Shown in pieces: positions 52,437 through 61,141 of a stretch of DNA of 64,000 nt. This stretch comes from Octopus bimaculoides (taxonomy: Eukaryota), in contig NC_068989.1 of NCBI RefSeq assembly GCF_001194135.2, positions 67,383,408-67,447,407 of the forward strand. The letters run 5' to 3'. Every line of letters starts with the position of its first letter. The first letter of the stretch is position 1. The notes under the pieces were generated by a model, which was not told the origin of the DNA, made no database searches, and saw only the letters and a program-made list of their open reading frames with translations. Position numbers and translations under genes: made by a program.

Positions 52437-55400
52437 TCTCTCTAATTGGTGGTTTGATAGATATTACATTGTTGCTTATAAAAAAGACTGTTTCTTCCAC
52501 GTCAATTCTGTTTCATTATCTATAGAAATTACCTGAAAAGTAAACCTTTCTAAAAAATTAAGTTTATGTTTTTAAAATATTATTGAATATCAATTTATTT
52601 CCAATCTTAAACTTTATAATTTCAGGTTATGGGGAGAACCGGTGAACTTGAGAGAACAACATGATGCATTAGAATTCTTCAACAGTCTTGTAGATAGTTT
52701 AGATGAAGCTCTTAAAGAACTTGGTCAGACCATGATTCTCAGTAAAGTTCTGGGAGGGTCATTTGCTGACCAAAAAATTTGCAAAGATTGTCCACATAGG
52801 TAAGTGTTGAAGGTTTTCTTCATTTAAAACAGAACTATATGTACGTTAAAGTACATTTCATTTTTTTTTTTTGTGTTTGTAGTTTTTAGAACATTTTATT
52901 AACTGTTTTTATTTCACTGACAGAACTGAGTCCACCATCCAGTTCTGATGGTCAGCAGAAGTGTTTTCATTTCCCTTTAGCTGCTAATACCTTTTCGAAA
53001 AATCATGAGTATTACAGCAGTTCATTTTGCCACACTTAAAAGTATGTGGCTTTGAGTTTTATTGACAGAAACCAATATTGACTCTTGGTACCATGTAAAA
53101 AACACTAGTGTTGGTGCCATGTAAAATGCCCTGGGGCCACGTAAAAAGTACCTGTTTGATGCCACGTAAAAAGCACCCAGTACACTGTAAAGTGGTTGGC
53201 ATTAGGAAGAGCATTCAACTGTAGAAACCAAGCCAAAACAGACTATGGAACCTGGTGCAGTCTCTGGCTTTGCCAGCTCCTCTCGAGCCATCCAACATGT
53301 ACCAGCATGGAGAAAACATACTAGATGTTAAATGATGATGATATGCTGTATACAATCCATTGAATTTTAAAATTTCAATGTAACTACTTATTTTCTTAAC
53401 TGTTTACTTTTAAGAAAATTGTGTGTAAGCATTGTTTTATATGAAATATAGGACAAGAATTAGATTTTACTTCATGATATGACATATATACCAACATTTA
53501 ATCATAACTTGCTTTTGATATTACTTGTTGCTAAAATTTTCTTTCAAATGTAAATTTTCTTCAGATATCAAAGAGAAGAAACTTTTACAACTCTAAATGT
53601 AGATATTCGAAATCATCAAAATTTACTTGAATCTTTAGAGCAGTATGTAAAAGGTGATCTTTTAGAAGGAGCAAATGCATATCACTGTGAAAAATGTAAT
53701 AAAAAGGTATGTTGGCAATTTCTCACTTTAAAAATATATTGTATTTTTAAAAAAATCTTTTGATTTTCTTTTTTCAGTTTTGGTAAACAAAATCTCATTA
53801 CTGTGGAGTTTTGTCCCTTCCTAATAAGAATGATGTTATCAAGCTTTTAATAGTTTTGTCTCTGAAAATGTTAGCATATGCAAATATACACTGAAATCTC
53901 GATCGCATGTTAACTTGATTATAGTAAATACTTCTGATTTAATTTTGCGTACTTCCTGTAAGTATTTGTGTGGTGAAGAAATTTGTCTCATAGCAACACA
54001 GTTTAGGAGTTGATCCTGTTGCAGTACCGTATGCAAATGTCCTCTATCATAGCCTGAAGGTTACTACTGGTATTGTCCTTCCTACTCTAAGATTTAAAAA
54101 AAAAAATTTGAAGACGAAAAATACCAACTTCACAAATTTATCATCTTCAGCCTAAGAACCATGCCCTGTCCAAAGCATTTTCATATGTTAGCCCTAAATG
54201 TCCGTGCTTGTTTTCAGACTTTTAGTTAGACATTGTTTATATTCTGAATAATATAAAGCTTTACTTTAATAAGCCCCAAGTTACTCTGGTGGTTAAAAAA
54301 AAATGGGTATGCGTATCATACATGATGCATGAGCACCAGGGAAATATCTCCTGTGATACATAGGACAAGCAAAGAGTTAAGTTTCAAAAAGAACCTCATT
54401 GATGTTTCTAAATGATGTAAATTGTTGAATAATCTTGCTTGATCTTTGAGGTAAAATAACTGATACAATTTCAATTTTCAACCCTTTTGATACCAACCCA
54501 CCCAAGACTGGCCTTGGTTGTTTAAGAAACTTTTTGTTTTAAAGTGATTTAAATTAAAACCTTTCAGCAAAATTTCATGTTAAATTTATTCCAAACCTTT
54601 GTATAATATTGATAGTTATTTTATTAAATACTTAATTATTTTCAGAATTGATTGAAAGAAGGCAGTGAATTTCAACAGAAATATGGTTACTAAAGCGTTA
54701 ATCTTCTCTAACCATGTTGCTGGGATTGTATTAACATGTGGTTTTGTATTGGCTTTTTTCAGGTAGACACTGTTAAAAGGCTCGTGATAAATAAATTGCC
54801 AAAAATTTTGGCTATCCAGCTCAAGAGATTTGATTATGACTGGGAACGGTAAGTTCTAGTCTTTGTGTAATAGTTTTTAAAAAAATTTTATTCAACTGCT
54901 TTTTTTTTTTTTAAAGAAGGAACAACTGTAATGTTTATCCTTTTATTGTTATATAATATTTTTATCATTGCAGAGAATGTGCAATCAAATTCAATGACTA
55001 CTTTGAGTTTCCACGTGAGTTTGATATGGAACCTTATACTGTACAGGGATTAGCAAAAATTGAAGGTAAACATCTCTTACTGCACCCACCACTACCATCA
55101 GCCTATTTTTCTATCTTTTTATGATTAGGGCAGGTTGTCATGAATTAAATTAATTATTTGAAGTTACTACTCTTTTAGATAAGTTAAGGACCACACCTTG
55201 CTTGTATGTTGCATTTCTGGATGTTTTCCATGGCTACTTGCCTTTCTTATTGCCAACCACTTTATGAGTGTACTGATTGCTTTTTATCAGGGCATCAGCA
55301 TAAGTGAGGTTACTTTGTCCCCAGCTGGACTAATGAGTCTTTTGTAATCTCTGTTATCTCTGTTTATTCACCTGTAGCTAAGAGTTGATATTAATGAAAG

Positions 55401-57269
55401 AAGACCAGAGTGAGAGAGGGAGATGGGTAATAGAAGAGAACTAATGGTAAGAGTGTAAGGGTTATAGCGGGGAGGGAGAGAGAGAGAGAGAGAGAGAAAA
55501 TCAGTTGTATGAGGCATGTTGATCAAGAGATTCAATAGAAACATGAATGGCATGAAGGAAGGAAGGAAGTGATAGAAGGGAGTAATGGGAGAGAGGGAAG
55601 GTGATGTTTAGGTGAGTATTGGATGGAGAGAGTGACAGTAGGGAGGCGTATTGATAGGATGGGGTGGGATGAGCAAGTGATATTTAGTGACATTTAATAT
55701 GGATATCGTAATTGGAGAGACCCAAATGTAGATATTACCCACCCCAATTCTAACATATTGTCACCACCATCATTGTTTTCATGATTGTTTATCTATGTTT
55801 TGTGAATTTAAAAATGGCTGAAACCTTTTGTTTCAAATTTGTCAAAAGCTAACTTTAACTGAAGTTTAGTTTGTCAAAACATGTGGACTTGATAATAAAG
55901 AGTTAGTTTTGGTCTTTAAATTAAGGTTAGCTCTTGCTATATNNNNNNNNNNNNNNNNNNNNNNNNNNNNNNNNNNNNNNNNNNNNNNNNNNNNNNNNNN
56001 NNNNNNNNNNNNNNNNNNNNNNNNNNNNNNNNNNNNNNNNNNNNNNNNNNNNNNNNNNNNNNNNNNNNNNNNNNNNNNNNNNNNNNNNNNNNNNNGGACT
56101 GGTGAAACCGGATGGCAACACCAGGCTCCAATCTAAATTTGGCAGAGTTTCTACAGCTGGATGCCCTTCCTAACGCCAACCACTCAGAGAGTGTAGTAGG
56201 TGTTTTTACGTGTCACCTGCACGAAGGCCAGTCAGGCGATACTGGCAACGGCCACGCTCAAAATATATATATATATATATACACTGAGGAAAATCAAAAT
56301 GTGAAGTTGAAGGCAATCTGTTTTACCGTCTTAAAATATTTTTACAGGCACACCTCAACTTACATTCTTTCGTGTTGTCTTTTTTAACTTTATATCGCTT
56401 TTCATTTTTTTTTAAAGAAACTAATGGGAAAATGAATCTCACCTTCAGTTGATTTATCCAACTGTATGTTGATTTCAACAAACATATTTCAATGCTTAAA
56501 AAGTTTTTAAAAATCACATAAAAACCAATGCTGAAGTGGAAAAATCAAATGAAATACATGTGAAAATATGTATAAATCATTTATTAAAACAAATATAAGC
56601 TAATAAATTTTTTAAGATGTTTTTTTCATGTTACATCATTTTTTGAGTTAAGTTACATCTCTTGGAACTAATAACTGATGTAAGTTGAAGTATGCCTGTA
56701 TTTGGTGTAGGGAAGGTTAGGGTTAGGGTTAGGGTTAGGCTGGAGAATAAAATTTTAGTATTGCAGTAATTTCAAAACATGGTTTATTGAAATTTTCTAG
56801 TCTATCCAATTTGTATTAGCAAGGGAAGCTTGGGGGAATGAGGTACAAATTAACACTTTTTATTTGTATTGTCACTGGTAAGTAAGGTTGCATTTATTTG
56901 ATAAGACTTTGTTTGAAATTAAATAAAATAAAATTTTATTTCAGGAGAAATTATTGATGCTGACTGTGATGATAAAGAGCAAAGTACAAAATACAAGCTA
57001 GTTGGGGTTGTGGTCCATAGTGGACAAGCTAGTGGAGGACATTATTACTCTTATATTTTACACAGGTAAAACAATATTTTCTACTGAGACATTATTTGAA
57101 CAAATTTTCCATTTACATTCTGATTATCTTTGGTGTGTGTGTGCATATATTTCCTATTCNNNNNNNNNNNNNNNNNNNNNNNNNNNNNNNNNNNNNNNNN
57201 NNNNNNNNNNNNNNNNNNNNNNNNNNNNNNNNNNNNNNNNNNNNNNNNNNNNNNNNNNNTATATATATG

Positions 57270-57305
<36 letters not shown>

Positions 57306-59456
57306 TAGTGTCCCAAAATTAAGGCAACCAGGTTTTTTCCATTTTTCCAGAGCAAAATGTTATATTTCTGGTCCAATGGCTGTCACAGCTGCCCAAACCA
57401 TAACTGATTGTGGATTTTGACATTGATTTATCAGTCTACTCTTGATGGAGCTAGACACACTCCAAAGTTGGTCATTCCGGTGATTTACTGTCTGTTCGAT
57501 GTCAAGTTGTCAGTTTTTCATCAGTGAACAACAGGTTGGGCAGCATGCCTTCAACCATCTGATGCAGGATAAGATGACTTCTCTCCAGTATCATGGTCTT
57601 ATGAACTTGTGTGTCATGACAGTGGATCATCTTGTGAGGGTGGGTCCTGAGATCCTCCTTCAGCACATGGTATATCGATGTTCGGCTTATTTTTGCTGTG
57701 GAAGCCAGTTTTCTGATGGAATGATAAGAATTTTGCCATATCTTTTCTCTGATACTTTTGATAAACTGAGGGGTCCACACACTTCTTTTTTGTTCATGTC
57801 CAGGTTGATCAGCAGTGGAATCAGTCTCTTAAAATTTCTTGACAATTTTTCAGACTGCTGCTTGGTTAATTTTAAACTTTTTTTGCTATAGCTGTATTAC
57901 TTTCACTTCCTTTGTGGAAGGTTATGATTGTATTTTGGTCTATAGCCATTATCTAATCTATAAATCTAAATTTATTTAGTCTGAAACAAAAAGAAGACAC
58001 ACTAAGCTTTTATAATGTTGTATATTTTTCATATCCTATCACATTTATTGATAGTTATTAAAGCCCATAACTTTGGTTGCCTTAATTCCTGGACACCCTG
58101 TATTTACATGAATTCTTACAAAAATATAATGTCTCTCATTTATATTATGGCATACTTGCTTCAATTACTGTACAACTTTCCCATTTGCTGTATTTTTCAA
58201 TGTGATTTAGATGAAGTTACTATAATCTTCTGTCTTCTTAGTATTGCTCCAGTTGACATCATTGTTCAGGTGTTTCTGTCCATGATGTTTTTTATACAGC
58301 ATTTGAATGTCCAAAAGAGCAAGTATTGTTTTACTTGGGACCATTGCTTTTATCAGTCGTGGGCCAGGTTTCACTTGCAGAAAGCAGCAGACCAACATAT
58401 CAAAACATTGTGAATAAACCTTCTTAACAATTATGCATGTACTCGAGTTGCTCAGAATATGGGATAGTTCACAGATTTGCTTCCAGGAAGACCAAATTTT
58501 TGTTGCTGTGGCACCAGAACAACCTGCCTTTATACAGCTATTTTCTTCAGTTGCAGTACTTATGGAAGTATATTTTTGATGGAAGTTTTGGGTTTAGTTT
58601 ATTCTTTGAACCAGCATGTCATTTGTGAACCAAATATATGCAGTTTTGACAACAGACAATTTCTTCTGACTCTTATTGTAACAGGCATCACATAACTAGT
58701 TATGAGCTTGATGTATGGCATGAAGCTCAGCAGAGGATTTAGATTTTGATTTTTCAGGTCATCCATTCATGCAGTATCTTTCATACTTTGTACTAATGGT
58801 TTCAGCTGTTAGAATTAGGGGAATTTTCGGGTTGTTAGGTTTTTTAAAATTTTTATGCTAAACCTATTTTCTGTCTTTAAAGTTTGGATTTCTAGTGCCT
58901 TGACAAAAGATTTGCTGCAGAAGTTCAAACAATGAGAGAAACATTTAAAAATAAATGCTTTGGGTTATTTTATTCCTTTGGTTTCATATTAATTTTTTAT
59001 GATCAGACTTAAGCCCCAAATATTTAAGCAGAGATAGAGATGAAATCCACTTTTTATGAGTTGATTTATACTCTGATTTTGGTCACACATTTACAATATT
59101 GAGGCATATTCCAAAAGACTGTTAGAGTTTCATTTAGAAAATGTAATTAGTTTAGCTCTGACTTATAATAGTGTTTAAATTGAAACAACATTAAGACCGA
59201 CTTCCTGTGATGTTTGTGGTTATTGATATGAGCTGAATTACGATTACCTCCACAGATACTCTTTTACTGGTTTATGACCATGCTTGTATAGTTGATCATA
59301 CCAATCCCAGTACTTATTTTATTGATTCCTAATTGTTGGATTGCAAGGTTACTGGACTTAAACGATCATAAAGAGATGTAAAGGAAAAATGAATCACTCT
59401 TATACATGTTGAGTACTTTTATGTCTGATTAGTCTGCTTAATTTCTGGACTCAGGT

Positions 59457-59518
<62 letters not shown>

Positions 59519-61087
59519 AACAAACAATGGAATTCTTTACAGTTTACATTTGCCAAAATTCCCTCATGATGTATTGGTCAACATGAAGTTAAAGAAGTCA
59601 CTTACCCAAGGTACTGTGTAGTAGATTTGAACCAAGAACCATGTAGTTGCAAAGCAAACATTTTACCACATAGTCATGCATGCCTTTGCTTAGGTATAAA
59701 ATTTTCACAGAAATTATTAATTTCAAAATCCATTTAATATTTCCTAGTGTCAAATTTGTTGTTTGAAACATTAGAAAATAATTATTTTCTGTATCTTTTG
59801 CTTTGTTTTTCATATGGTTTCTACTTTTGCTTTCTCATCCACAGAGGTGCTGATGATGTTCTTCCGAAATGGTACAAATTTGATGATGGCGATGTCACCG
59901 AATGTAAAATGGATGATGATGAGGTAAACTTTTATTTTGATATCCTAAATTGCATTTTCGCTTCAGTTTTTCAGTTTTTTTTTTTATGTTAGTAATAACT
60001 GCAGGGATGAATGAATAAGAGAACTCCACAGGTTTATACAAATATGTTTAGTACTTGAATGAATGATGTGTAGACTACTTTGTCATCAACTAGTTAATTA
60101 CTGTATGCAAGTAGAATAGTGTGGCACTAACTGAAGTGTAAATATCTATATATCTAGATTCATGCAGTTAGCATTATAAAAAGTGTAACTGTTATTAGAT
60201 AAGGAAACCTTGAATATTACAACATTGCATTTGAAAAAAGTGGATTGAAAGAAAAAAAAAAATTTTTTTTTTACCTAAACTAGAACAGTAATAGAACATA
60301 GATAGAAAATATTAGATCTTTACAAAAACATAGAATAGAACGTAAAAATTTCTTGGCCATAATTAAAATGAAAAACATACTTCCCATTCAGCATATGCAA
60401 TACAGATTGTTTAACAAAATAATGTCGAGGTCAGTTACAATTGTACATCTTAACGCCATCATCATCATTGACATCATTATTTTAACATATTTCCATGCAT
60501 TTGTGGATTGGATGAGATTTGTTGAGGCACATCTCCTTCCTATTGCCAACCCTCATCTGTTTCAAAGTAAGGTAATATTTCTCTTTGGCCCGATATGTTT
60601 TTATGGACGAAAATGAATGACATTGCTTGTGTGACAGTGACACCCACTTACAACCATCATGTGATGTCAGCATAAGGACACACACACACACACATACATT
60701 AACTGAACAATAATAATGTATAAACTTTGATGGGCCAGCATGATCAACATTCAAGAAGCCAGGAAGTAAAGACAGTTTTATGAGTTGTTTTTCTCAATCA
60801 TATCTCCAGCTTCAGAAATGAGGAAAAGTTAAAAACTTAAGCTTTACCTAAATATATTTGGCGTTGAAAGAACTATGGGTTGACCATATAGCCATCAAGT
60901 AGTCCATCATCAAACACAGCATACTGTGCACAAGTGGGACAAGACAATATTAACTAAACACTGCATTTCATCCCAGATGCAAACAACAGGAAGATGATGA
61001 TAATGATGATATTAGAAGCTGAACCTTCTGGAATTATAACTCTGAGTTTCATGTTTCTGGTCGTTAAGATTTCTTTTATAAAGCACA

Positions 61088-61141
<54 letters not shown>

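Noticed and set aside
51517-52626. Genomic Lys (AA|G) where I recall Arg in vertebrates (KHFK/RLWGEP), a possible restorative A-to-I site
   Set aside because: A conservative K/R substitution is sufficient explanation; editing cannot be inferred from DNA alone.
56717-56739. True telomere or chromosome end
   Set aside because: Under four repeat units, inside an intron, with continuous gene structure on both sides.
57499-57891. 130-aa + strand ORF
   Set aside because: Antisense shadow of the transposase relic on the minus strand; no recognisable motif.
58150-58800. Possible very old LINE remnant (also about 21000-21300 and 23000-23700)
   Set aside because: No motif I could read with confidence; needs an HMM search.
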